Of a DNA stretch of 64,000 nucleotides, positions 41,331 through 53,408 are shown in pieces. The notes under the pieces are model-generated. The model saw nothing but the letters and a program-made list of their open reading frames with translations, had not been told where the DNA came from and did no database searches. This DNA is from the human T2T-CHM13v2.0 reference genome, Homo sapiens. The first letter of the stretch is position 1. The number at the start of each line of letters is the position of its first letter. The translations under genes and the position numbers were made by a program. The DNA lies in NCBI RefSeq assembly GCF_009914755.1, contig NC_060927.1, one strand, 5' to 3'.

Positions 41331-42889
41331 ATAGACCATAATATATTTCCTTTAATCAATATGGAGTATCTTGGAAACTAAGGTGAAACCAAAATCTGGC
41401 TTGGAGCCCAGTCATCACTTTCTGAAGTGACAAGCTCTGGTAATAGGGGAGGGTTTGCAATTATACAGATCATTGCTTCGACCTGGTGCAAAGTCAACCA
41501 GGCCACAATACAAGAACAAAAAGGCTTAATTTCTGCAGCTTCCAAAGTGCTCTGAGCATTGCCTCAGTAGACATTGACCTGTCTGCTGTGCTAGCTAGCT
41601 CATTTTGCTCTTCTTCAATTGAAACCCCAAGATAATCAGCTCAGCTCGTTTGCTGTTCCCCTTGTGATCTTCTGCCTTGTAAAGTGAAAGTTAATGTCCC
41701 TATTACATACATTCCTTTTCCTCACTATCTACCAAAAAATGATTTGCACAAAAAAGTACCCTTTTAATGGTGCAAGGCTCTATATCCTAAGTATCTGGTT
41801 AGTTGTACCTTTTGCATCTTGGTATCAGCTTTGATAGCTTTAAAAAAGGCACTTTCTAATCTTCCTTTGAAATAAAATTTCTCCTTTCAGGCTAGCTTAG
41901 TATGCAATTTATGTAGAATACAGTAGAGAAGTTGCGTTCTTTCAAAATATATTAAGGCTTTCTAATCACTTTCAAAGTAAAACAAGAGTGGGAACTCAAA
42001 TTATATGAGTGTGTTTGTCACCCAGATAAGGAGAATGCACGGGCTGTAATTGAACCCCTTATCACGATTCACTTTGACTTTCCCAGTTCAGCTTGTCTTG
42101 AGGCATTTCTCTTTCTTTAAGCTTTGAGGAATTAGAAATTTAAACGAGATGTGAAAGACGAAAGACAGGAGGGGGAGCTCTCCTGTGAGAATGCTTCACA
42201 TTTCTGGACTCAGCAGTCATGGGGACCAGGAGAAAGCTGCCTGAGTTAAGAGAAAGAAACAAAAGCATTCTTCAAGAAGAAGCAGACAGTCTTTGGCAGT
42301 TTGCAAAGTCTTAAGAAGTCAAAATGTGAACTACTGAATCATTTGCAGTTTTAGGACTTACTTGTAGATTATTTATGAGCTGATTACACTTATTTCTTTT
42401 TATTTTTTCTTTCTCCATCTTCTAAGGCAATTTTTAAAAAGTGTTTAAATTTATTTGGCTTCATCTTCCTGCTTAGTCTACCTTTTCTGTTTTCTATGTC
42501 TTGAGAATACAAATAATTGCACTTTGATGTAGCAGTTGTCATGCTGAGTTTCTCCTCTCAAGGGGTAGGTGTTTGTAGTAAACAGCCTCCCTTCATCCAT
42601 CCTTTAAAGCCTGATTTAGAGCACATCTGTGGTTCTTCCACACACCAGGACTTCATTAGCCTCACTTTTTGCTAATACTCAAGGTAAATAACGACAACCA
42701 CCACCACCACAACAAAGCATTTAAAAAGTTATGTGGGTGCACTAAGGTTTGGATTATGAGCATATTCCCCCAGTGTCTCTCTTCTTTTATTTTAATTTCT
42801 AGTTGCTGTGCTCATAGAGTAACTCATTGCTGTGAAGCAGGTGAGGAGTGGGCTTTTTCACTTTGGTGACTATATTTAGGGCCTATTCT

Positions 42890-43020
42890 GAATGTAGGTT
42901 GATCTAATCTTGGGCTTCTTAACTAACTACATCTGCAAAGATCCTATTTCCAAATAAGATCACATTCTTAGGTTCTGAGTTGAAATCGATTTTGGGGTAA
43001 CATTATTCAACATTCTATAA
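42890..43020 (-). mobile_element. MLT1 (B-D-like) LTR fragment
   Basis: actacatctgcaaagatcctatttccaaataagatcacattct..ttttggggtaacattattcaac. Confidence 0.75.
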
Positions 43021-43219
43021 TAGTAGAATCATAGGATATAAAGGCTGGAATTAAGGAAGAGAAATCACCAAGTTTAGGCCCTTTATTTTGTAGATGAAGT
43101 AACACAGGATGAGATACTCAAACTTACTTAGGTAGTAAATTATAGAGGTTTGGTTTCATTTTTTAACCTGAACACTAGATACGCTAGGCTACATTGGAAG
43201 AGGAGTGAATTTTAGAGGA

Positions 43220-43735
43220 AAAGAGAATGTAGAAGTTTTAAAAATTGGCTACAAACTCTTTGACACTACTCCCGTTGAGAGCTGAGGTAAGATCTATGAA
43301 CGCTCCCATGAGTGTAGAAGGACTTTTGACCCTTTGACCATTAGAATGTGGTGGTGATGATGCTGTGAGACTACTGAGGTGGGCTTAAAAAAGTGAGGAA
43401 TCTCTGCCTTGTTCACTGAAACACTTAAATTTGGAGGCTTGTACCACCATGTGAGAAGTGAGGCCCCCATAGTGTAAGGAAGATCACATGGACAGACCCA
43501 GACTAGGCAGGCCAGACATGCGTGAAGGAGCCTCCAGAAGGCTCTACTACCAGCCATCATCACCACCATCTTTACGTCTTCTTAGATGATGTGCCAGACA
43601 TCAGGAAACAGAGACAAGCCATCCTTGCTGTGCCAGCTGCTATTGTACTTATTAATCCATGCATGTGATAAACTGGTTGTGTTTGAAATCATTCCTTTTT
43701 GAATAGATTGTTACACAGCAATAATTACTGGAATA
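43220..43735 (+). mobile_element. MLT1 (G/H-like) LTR
   Basis: aattggctacaaactctttgacactactccc..tttgaccattagaatgtggtgg..ttgttacacagcaataattactggaa. Confidence 0.75.
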
Positions 43736-45033
43736 AACTCACCTGTGTGATAATCAGATAACAATTATATCCTATCTCTATTCTGCCAGCCAGAGAAATA
43801 AGTACTAAGAGTTAGGACAGTTTAACTCCAATAAGGATAGAATCTCTGGGGATGCATGCTGGTGAATGCTGGCCTCACTGAGAGAAGGAGCTCACCACAT
43901 GTCTGTGGGAGAGGCTGTGTTGCTTGTTCATCACCATTTGTAAATTTAGTTGCAGCTGCTTCATGGTCCTGGGAATGGCCACATATTTGTTGTTTTTCTG
44001 AAAACCCAACTGGAGAGTACATATTGAAAGGATTGAGTTTGCTCTTAAAGAGCAATTGAACCTGAAAATTTATAAAACTCTTTCTACTGGGTTTTCTGTG
44101 GTGAAAATAAATGAAAGGTAATGTGAACTCCTTGAAGACAATTAAATAAGGTACTGTGAAGGGCACTATATATATTTAAAGAGTTCTCAGGAAAGTCTCT
44201 CTTAAGAGATGGCATTTGAGTTGAGTCCTGAATGAAACATGGAGTTCTAGCAAAGAGTACGAGCTGCAACATTGGCTAGCATAGCTTGGTGTCTGAAGGT
44301 GGCAGACCTATTTAAGGGCCAAGCACGTATAAGATTTCTACTTATGCTACATTCTAAATTTAATGAGTACTTATTGAGCACAAGTTTAAACTTGTTCTGG
44401 TTAGGGATCACTGCTGATTCTAATGTTTCTTAGTGCTAAGTACCCCCGTAGACCAGAATCTTCCAATTCTATTATGGGTAGTTGAATTCTGAGCAGATGA
44501 AATGTGTGTTTTGAGACTATACCTAGGGGCTAAAGTGCCCCCAGAGTTTGTTTTAAACAAAGTATAAAATTAAGCCTTAAAATTATGCTCTATTAAAGAG
44601 TGGCATTTATGATGCCTGTTGGGGAAAAACCTACCATCAGTTACCCTCTATGAAGAAAGCACAGAGCAAATAAAAATAAATGGATGAGTGAACAAACAAA
44701 TACATACATACTATGCCTGGATAGAGACCCCCAAAACACTTAGGTAAATGTAATAAAACATACTTATTTTATAACCTATGTCTGATAATGTGAGCATCAG
44801 CGTTCTTTTAGATCTGATTCTCAACTTAGTTATTTCTGTTGTTACCCATGCTCTCTTATTTTTTGAGTGTTTAGTGCACTGCTTTTAAATTTTCAAAGTT
44901 TTAAAATTTAAAATTTTAAATTTATTGTTAAATGAGATTCCTTAAAACTTTGTGAAGTTTTGTTCAATTTGTGTATAAAGTTTGCTTACCAGAGAGCTTT
45001 TGTGTTTACTTCTGCTAATCAGAACCACGTTAC

Positions 45034-45368
45034 CATGGGTCAGAAAACTTTCTCTATAAAGGACCAGAAAGTGAATATTTTAGGTTTTGTGAGCCATACT
45101 GTACCTGATAAAACTTCTCAACCCTGCCATTATAGTGCAAAAGGATCCATAGACAATATGTAAGGAAATGAGCATGGGTATGTTCCAATGAAACTTTTTT
45201 TGACACTGAAATTTGAATTTCACATCATTTTCATATGTCACAAAATATTTTCTTCTTTTTATTTTATTTCAACCATTTAAACATGTGAAAACCATTTTAG
45301 CTCATGGACTGTACAAAAGCAGATGGCAAACTGGATTTGGCCTGTTGGCCATAGTTTGCCAACTCCTG
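45034..45368 (-). mobile_element. MER58B (hAT-Charlie) DNA transposon
   Basis: catgggtcagaaaactttctctataaagg..tattttaggttttgtgagccata...ggatttggcctgttggccatagtttgccaactcctg. Confidence 0.88.
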
Positions 45369-46339
45369 TTTTAAACAAAATTTTTAGTGTGTGATATTTT
45401 GGAGGTATTATAATCAGAGAGAATTCTAGCCCCAAATATGTGTCAGAATAAAATTGTGTTTAAGATTTCAGGAGAATTATTTTTTTTCTTATGCCAGAGA
45501 TAAGACAGATAAATATCCCTACTACCTCACTCTGTGGGCAGGATTTTTCCTACTTTACCCACGGGTGCTTCCAGGGGCCTGGCTTGAGGCAGATGTTCCT
45601 GATCTGAACTCCTACGATACCTATGATTCAGGTGGTCTCCTCTTGGTCTGCTAAAGCCAAGTTCTAGGCCATTAGGATTGGTAGAGAACAAATGCTAATT
45701 TGGTACTTCTGGATGACAAATTCTAATATCCCATTTATGGATTTGAGGGTTCTCTTTTATTCTAACCTCTAAGGGTATCTCTTACTTTCCAGCCAACTCA
45801 GCCATGCATTTAAAAAAAAATGGTTTTTACGTATTACCCTGAACTTTGATGTTCTAGATACCTAAAAATATTGCTAAAAACAAAAAGCTCTTTGGACTGT
45901 TTGTTGTGTGCTTTTCCCAGTATTCTACCCAGGTTTATGTTCATGCTATTTTAGCAGGTTGGTTGTGCTTAGGAACAAAGCACTGGGGAAAGAAAGAAAA
46001 TGTCTAGAGATCTCATATGCATCCTAGAGGGGAAGCAGGGATGGAGTTACCAAGGGTTAGAATGAAAAAAAATGTGACAAACTTTTAGAGAAGAAAAAAT
46101 TCCACAGAAGTAGCTGAGGGAAAAGATAAAGTGATGAATACTGAAGTGGCTGAAGTTACTTTCCCACTGAAGCAGCCTCCAAAAGTAAAGAACCTGTCAT
46201 GTTTGTGTAAAAAGAAGAGGAGAGGTAATTTTGTGTCAGAAATTTTATAAATGCCTGAAAGAAAGAAGGAGGCAAATGCAAGCCATGGCAAGGTGCATGT
46301 GCAATGGAAGTGCAGCTATGTGCATCCAAAGATGGAAGG

Positions 46340-46665
46340 ACATGAATACTGACATGACATAGGAACCATTGTGAGTTTGCAAACAGGCAGGTGATATAAT
46401 GAAAATTACCACTTAGAGAAGATTAATCCCACAGAACAATGCAAGGTGGTTTGAGTCATAAAGTAATTGGTTGCGAAGAAGACCAACTAAGAGACTATTA
46501 GAATAATTGATGTGTGAATGTTGACGAATTTTGCCTACGACAGCAGAGGTGGATGTGAGAGGAACAGGTTTCACAGATCTGAGAAACGTGGAAGAGGAAG
46601 ATCAGCAAAATGTGATAAACAATTAAAAGACGGAGCAGAAGTGAGAGAAGTCCAAGGTGAAAGAG
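46340..46665 (-). mobile_element. L2 LINE fragment (degenerate)
   Basis: ggaaccattgtgagtttg..caggtgatataatga..agagaagattaat..aagaccaactaagagactatt. Confidence 0.5.
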
Positions 46666-47321
46666 AACACATAGATTATTACGTGGCTTCTAAAGTTTCT
46701 TTTAGTTCTGATTCAACCCCTAAAGGTATAATTTTAAAGCTCATTCAGGGGGGATCAGGGAGATTCCAAGATACAAGGGTCTCAAAGGTTCAGTTTGAGT
46801 TTTATGTTATGTCTTTTTCCTTCCAAATTGACAGAGTTGGGAATGGGGTTTTCTCAGGACATGCCTGTCTTTTTATCTGATCATTGACAGTGGTGTGAGC
46901 AGGCTCCCTCGACGTTTTCCATAGTAACGCAACCACGGAGTTTCCCCGAAAATGTCACAGCTGAGCCCGCTGATGTTCTTTGAACTGCCTTCCCACCATC
47001 ACACTGATCAGTCAGTCAGAAGTGGCAGCACAGCCCCTGTTACTCACAGTAATGCAGATCAGATGAGGAAAACTCAATTTGTATGAACCAGGGTTGAAAA
47101 TTGAAAATGTCCCACCTTAACTGCTTTTCATGCTTGACACACCTCAGGAGCTGTTCTTTCTGACAACATAATCAAGGTTAGTGGTAGGCTTAGTGTTTTG
47201 TTTTGCTTTCTTTATTATAAAGATGTTGTCACATTTTCCAAATGAATGATCCCCAAAGTAAACTTTTGGAATAGCAATGTCATTTTTCAGAGGCAGAATG
47301 GCCTTCCCACTTTATGTTGTA

Positions 47322-47410
47322 GTACCTTTCTGCACCCTAGGTGCCAGTTGCCTTTTCAGAGAGCATAATTAATGTATGTCCCCTAACTGGCACCTAGGGA
47401 GCAGAGGTAC
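47322..47410. repeat. Inverted repeat / ~89-nt hairpin
   Basis: ccctaggtgccagtt (47335-47349) pairs perfectly with aactggcacctaggg (47385-47399). It extends with tctgc/gcaga and gtacc/ggtac. Confidence 0.9.
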
Positions 47411-47659
47411 AAACTGTGGCTAACTGTATAGTTAAGAAGAAAATAGGTAAGAAATTAGAGAGGGAACGTTATACCAACGTGGCACCACACTTTACTCTTT
47501 GCCTTTGCTGGGACATTTTGGAAGAACCACCTTAAAGATACAATCATGTCTTAACTCACTTCTTCAAGGGAGTTTGGCATCCATCTTCAAATACAGAAGG
47601 AAGAAACATATTTCTTTCTAGAGCAAGAAAGCCTAGAGTTTTTGTTGTTGTTGTTGCTG

Positions 47660-47778
47660 TTTAATTTTTAATTTTCATAGGTTTTTGGGGAACAGCTGGT
47701 ATTCGATTACATGAGGAAGTACATTAGTTGTGATTTGTGAGATTTTGGTGCACCCATCACCCCAGCAGTATACACTGA
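47660..47778 (-). mobile_element. Short L1PB 3'-end fragment
   Basis: taggtttttggggaacagctggtattcgattacatg..ttttggtgcacccatcac, the same family 3' end as at 52960. Confidence 0.85.
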
Positions 47779-47904
47779 TTTTTGATGGTAGAGCTCTAAC
47801 AACTGAAAAAGATGATTAATACGACAAAAAGGAACAAACCTTGGGCTGAAAGCCAGTCTTTTGTTCTAGTCTGGATTCTGTCCCTAACTGTAACACTCAC
47901 TGTT

Positions 47905-48140
47905 CATCAAGTTCTCATTGTGTCAGACATTTGACAAAGTGCTTTTCATGCATTATTTCGTTGATCCTTATCACTTTTCCAAGAGAAGGGTACTATTCTT
48001 ATTACTCTTTTAACAAATGCAGAAACAGAGGCTCAGAGAGGTAAAGGAGCTTGCCCAAGATCCCACAACTTACAGGCGTTGGTGCTGGTGTCTAAGCCAG
48101 GGGGTGGGACTCTGGAGGTGGAGCTCTTAATCACTGCTTG
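47905..48140 (-). mobile_element. MIR SINE
   Basis: ttttaacaaatgcagaaacagaggctcagagaggtaaaggagcttgcccaagatcccacaac. Confidence 0.8.
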
Positions 48141-48551
48141 CCCAGAGTACTGGGCCTTCAGAGAGTCAATCAACCGCTTTGAGCCACAGTGTACGAAATG
48201 AAGAAAATGGCCTTGATTCATAAGGTGGCTTCCAACTTCAAGATCCTGTCCAACATTTTCCTCTGAAGGTTGGAGTGTAAAGAGATGATACAATCTAAAA
48301 GACTAAGGATATAAGGTCCCTGTCCTTGGGAAAGGCAGCCTTAGAAAGCAGGCAAATTTCTTTGGGAAGAGGAGGGAAATCCAGCAACAACAACTGAGTA
48401 TTCAAGTCTTAGAAGAATCCTGGAAAGATTTATAAAATATTGGCTGTTGGTACATCTAGAAAACAGAAGGGTAAGTCTTAATTTGGGGGAAATGACTTTG
48501 GGGATTGAAACACATTATGTGGTTTCTTTCCCTCCTTAGTAACTGGATGCT

Positions 48552-48692
48552 AGCCAGGCACAGTGGCTCATGCCTGTAATCCTACCTACTAGAGAGGCTG
48601 TGGAGAAAGGATCACTGATGCCAGGAGTTCAAGGCCAGCCAGGGCAACATAGTTAGACCCTGTTGCTTAAAAAAGAATAAAAATAAAGATAA
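48552..48692 (+). mobile_element. FLAM-type Alu monomer
   Basis: Single monomer ...caggagttcaaggccagccagggcaacatag plus an A-rich tail. TSD aa(c/a)tggatgct at 48541-48551 and 48693-48703. Confidence 0.85.
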
Positions 48693-50093
48693 AAATGGAT
48701 GCTCAGAAAACAAAGCCCAAAACTGTGCAAAAATACAATAAATTCCATTTTGAGAGATTTCCAGCTAATCTGCCTTAGTTCTAGAATCTTCCACTTCCTG
48801 GAGTCCTTTCACCTCATTTTGAAGTGGGTTATTAAACATTCCCTTCTTCATACTGAACCTGAGTTGAAAACAAACCAAAAAACTATTAAGGGCTGTAGGT
48901 AGGAAAAACTTGGAATTAAATGAAAATCTAGCTGTACTCCCTAAAAATATGGGCAGAGGTAGAGACATATGCTTGATCTTCATAGCATTTAAAGTTGTTT
49001 CAGTCCTGATGATGTGCTGTGAACAGGTATCTCATTTAATTTTTCATTCTCCTCCCTTTCCCTTTTCTCTTCTACATTTCTTTTGATCACAGGCAATGTT
49101 ATTATCCTTTAAGCACAAAAATAGGTAAGGTAATATTAATAGCCAATCAGATAACAGGTGTCCTCCACCTCTCTTTCATTTTTGATAGTAATATAAAGGC
49201 TGGCTTCTGCACTCTAAAACATATCCCATGCAAATGTTATTATTTGCATGATTTTTTAAAGAAACATTCTAGGCCATAAAGCTGTTCTAGTGAGTCTAGG
49301 GCTAATTATATACAGGGTAATTACAATTGAGCCAATACAAAAGATTGTTCAGAAGGAGATGACCTCTGTGCTCTTGGTAACTGCAGCTTAGGACCCAGCA
49401 AGCTGCTGCGATGCGTGAAAAACATCTTTCTTCATTAAGATCAAAGGAGCTAGTCACTTGTTCACAGTGCTGAGTTCTGCAGCTGAAAAAGTATTTACAG
49501 CAATTAACTTCTTAAGGCCCTCTGCTTGAATTGTTAACCTTCAAATAATCTATCTCTGGGGAAATCATTGATGATACAACCACTTGTCCCAAAATTCATC
49601 TCCTTGATCTCATTGAACTTGATGTGCAAACATATAAATGATAATTGAAACACTAATTAAATGCTGTGTCTGGGCACCAGAGTCAGGAATTCAGAGAGAA
49701 AGGCTGACTTACTGTCAACCGTATTAGGAGCCAAAAGCCCAAGGTGCTGCCGTTTTCAGCAGGAGCAATTTACATCATCTTTGGGTTGCCTTGATGTCTA
49801 TTGATGTATGCAAAGAACTTCTGGTTGTGCCATCAAACACAACACAGGGGATACAGCTGGCAATCCCAACAGATCAGCAAAAAGATTTAGCTTTCATTCC
49901 AGAGATATTGTATCAATGAGTTAATCTGGTCATGAATGTTGATTCAGACTAGGGTTCAGAGGCTAAGGTGAAATCATATCAGCCATTGTTTAGATTTTTG
50001 TTTCTTTGTGTTCAGCATGTACATTTTATTAGTTTGAATTTCAGAACACTGGATGTGTGCACCTGTTTACTATCTTTTCATCAGTGGCTTAAA

Positions 50094-50248
50094 GCAGTGG
50101 TTCTCAGCCCTGACCACATATAAAAATGAGTTAGAAAATACAAATGCTAAGGCTGTCTTTCATGGCAATTCCATCAGAAGCTCCAGCATTTAAAAGTAGT
50201 TCTTTAGGTGATTTTAGTGCACAGTCAGGGTTAAGGGTCACGACACTA
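50094..50248. mobile_element. MER5-like hAT DNA transposon
   Basis: cagtggttctcagccctg...aggtgattttagtgcacagtcagggttaag. Confidence 0.7.
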
Positions 50249-50360
50249 GATGTAAGCTTATTTAGGCCATGGACTATGTCTATTTCATTCACTCTTGTGT
50301 TTCTAAAGTGCAGCACAGGGACTGACACTGAATAGATATTCAATAAATGTTTTTGAGTGA
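50247..50360 (+). mobile_element. L2 3' terminus
   Basis: ctagatgtaagct..ttcactcttgtgtttcta..tattcaataaatgtttttgagtga. Confidence 0.7.
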
Positions 50361-50659
50361 CCTGTGTTTTGTAAAGATCCAGGGTAGATCCTAATGAGTT
50401 GGGGTCTGTATGAGGGTTTATGGAGTGTATGTGCCTAGATAATTTAGAGAAGCAGGCAGTGCATTCTCCTGCTTATTCTACTGTTGCTTCCTAATACCAG
50501 AAACCAACAATCCTGGGGCAAGCCCTGGGAACTGAATACCTTCCAAGCTGCAGTCTTTCTCCCAATCCCCAACAGATGTGCTCCCTGCCTATGATTCCTA
50601 TGACTGGCTCCTCTCTTCGTTTGCTAATTGCACTCCAATTTCCCGCTGGCACTGGCACC

Positions 50660-51068
50660 CTGCCCTGAATCTAACCCTGTGTAGAGCATGTTGCCCCAGC
50701 TGCTGGAGTGCTTCCGACAGACAGTCCTTAGTTATCAAACTCCTTCAGGGATTGCCTCAGCTGAAGAGAACTGTCTCATTCAAGGTCACTTTCTCTTTAG
50801 GGTTAACCTATAGCCAACGACCAATGTGAGGGTATAAAGGCTCACCCTTTGCCCAACTCAAGGAAACTCTGATGGGCAGTGCCAGCTCCAGAGGCCCTGT
50901 GAAATAAGTTGACCTCTTGGTTAGGACTTTGTCACAGCTCAGCTTCTTCCTCTACCAGCATGTCTTCCTTCCCCTTCCTCCACTGGTGTTGATAATAAGA
51001 TCACTTCCTAATTAACTCCTTCACTCGAACCTCCAAGTCAGTGTCTGCTTACTGAGCACATGCTGACA
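50660..51068 (+). mobile_element. LTR16-like ERVL solo LTR
   Basis: ccccagctgctggagtg..cagggattgcctcagctgaagagaactg..ggtataaagg..ccagctccagag..tcagtgtctgctt. Confidence 0.75.
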
Positions 51069-51139
51069 CAGCACGGATTATTTGACCTCAACTCTCCATG
51101 CCCACTCAGACGAGCCTGTGCTCCTTGCACTCCTGTCTA

Positions 51140-51320
51140 CCGTGTGTCAGACACCACGACAGTAATGATCCGGACAGACAAAATGCTTGCCCTCATTGAG
51201 TTTATATTCTAGTAAGAGAGACAAGCAATAAACATACAAATACATGTTGAGTGGTGATAAAAGCCCATTAGAAAAATAAACCAGGGTAAGAGATTAGAGA
51301 ATGATAGGGGTAGAGTAGGG
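51140..51320 (-). mobile_element. L2 fragment
   Basis: acagacaaaatgcttgccctcattgagtttatattctagtaagagagacaagcaataaac. Confidence 0.7.
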
Positions 51321-51870
51321 TGGTGGTGTGCTGGAGCTGTCTCAGGCTGGCTCATAAAGATCAATTATTAAATCCACAGGAATTTTGCAACCCAGTTGCT
51401 AAACAGAGCGAATATTGAAAAATTAAATTGTAAATATTTAAAAAGAAATAAATCACATTAGGAAAAAAAGTAACGCCTACTCAAAACAACACTTTCTCAT
51501 TTTACTACATGTTGCTGTTATATATGCTATTGTGGTTATTTACATCTATTATATCTGAATAGTATTATAGAAATACTGTACATCTCTTTCCAAGTCTGCA
51601 TTCAGTGACGTGGATGGGTCTATACTTGTTCAATTGCAACCATAAGTGGGCTGTGGATACAAAAGTATGGCAAAAATTAACCGAAGCATTCTGTGAGAAT
51701 TTGCTGACTATGTAAAATTTACTAAAATAAATGATGCATGTTATTATTTGTAAATTGTGTGATATACATCTTTTATATCAGTAAAATTTATAATAGACCT
51801 AAGTATATATACACATGCATATATTTTTCCTCCAGATACCCAGTTGTGAACATTTACCAGCACAACGCTG
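51321..51870. mobile_element. MER63-family (hAT-Blackjack) DNA transposon
   Basis: TIR-like ends gtggtgtgctggagc... and ...catttaccagcacaacgctg, with internal caggaattttgc. Confidence 0.75.
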
Positions 51871-53316
51871 GGAAGGGGGTTCTGTTTTAGGTAGATTAAG
51901 GAAGAAAGGGGTAGTATTTGAGCTGTTGCCTGATTGAATCCAGGAAGCCTCTGTTTATTGCTCTTTGTGATAAAAAAGGATTTGCTGTCCCCAATCCTTT
52001 GTGTTCTCATTTCTTATTCTCAGATGGTGGTCTCTGGACAATTTTGTTAGTGCATCACCATATGGATGATTTATCTCTCTCAAACTCTATTGATTTTGTT
52101 TAGAATTTTAAGAACTTCTATAAGGTCACAGTTCAAGGTCTTACCTTTCCCAGTGAGAATAAACTCAGTTTGCTTGATTCATTATTATTTATATTCTGAT
52201 AACACTTTTTGTTTGTAATTGCCTAGCTATAAATGTATTTAGTCATTCTTAATTGTTTATATGATAATTATAGGGCTTTTTACATAAAGAATCAATCTCT
52301 TAATTATCTATTTTCTCTCTTCTGGGAATTTATATACTCAAATACTGAAATAATTGTTTTGTTAGCCACAGCTAAAATATCCTAGACATGTCAAAGTGCA
52401 GGTATTATAAAAGAAAAGGCATAGAAGTTGGTTGTCCTGAGCCACTCATTGACTTTATGACCATGAACAAATCCTAAAGCCTCCGTTTCTTAACCTGTAC
52501 AATGGGAATTTAACTTGGCAAACCTATTGATAGTTAAGACAAAGCAAGTTCCCTACTCTCAAGGAGTTAACAATCTAGCCTTAAAACTATCCCTAATAAA
52601 ACTATTCTTAATTCATTATGATTAACACTAATAATAGCTGTAATGTAAATATAGAATTTTGTAGAAATCAAATGAAGTAACATAAGTCAGCATATTTTGT
52701 GAACATGGAAACTGCCATAAATATGTCAGATACAGTTGCTCATTTAGCCGCATATGGAGTGCTGGTTAATTTCTGGTACTTGATAAATGACTACTGAAGG
52801 AATTAATAACCAGTAAGCCAACTGGTTATTTGGTTAAAGACCACCATGTCTTTAGGTAACGTATAGCTCTGTTTCTGTGTGCTTATGATTAAGCTTTTCC
52901 TTTTTCAATCCCATGTTCTGTCTTTTTTTTTTTGGCACTGAATACATATTTTATTTTAATTTCAGTAGGTTTTGGGGGAACAGGTGGTGTTTGGGTACAT
53001 GAATAAGTTCTTTAGTGATCATTTCTAGATTTTGGTGCACCCATCACCTGAGTAGTGTACACCATACCCAGTGTATAGTATTTTATGCCTCACCCACCTT
53101 CCACCCTTTCCCGAGTCCCCAAGTTCCATTGTATCATTGTCATGCCTTTGCATCCTCAAAACTCAGCTCCCACTTATGAGTGAGAACATATGATGTTTGG
53201 TTTTCTATTCCTGAGTTACGTTATTCTACTTTACCTAGAATAATGCTCTCCAATTCCATCCAGGTTGCTATGAATGCCATTATTTCATTCCTTTTTATGT
53301 CTGAGTAGTATTCCAT

Positions 53317-53317
<1 letters not shown>

Positions 53318-53359
<42 letters not shown>

Positions 53360-53408
53360 ATATGTATATATATGTGTGTGTGTGTGTATATATATATATA
53401 TACACACA
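53318..53408. repeat. Compound (TG)n(TA)n microsatellite inside the L1PB
   Basis: Directly visible TG/TA arrays. Confidence 0.95.

Noticed and set aside
44883-44925. AT-only palindromic run (tttaaaatttaaaattttaaa)
   Set aside because: Low-complexity A/T sequence; such palindromes are expected by chance here.
46518-46880. 120-aa plus-strand ORF next to the CpG cluster
   Set aside because: It partly overlaps a degenerate L2 fragment and shows no domain similarity or splice support that I can see.
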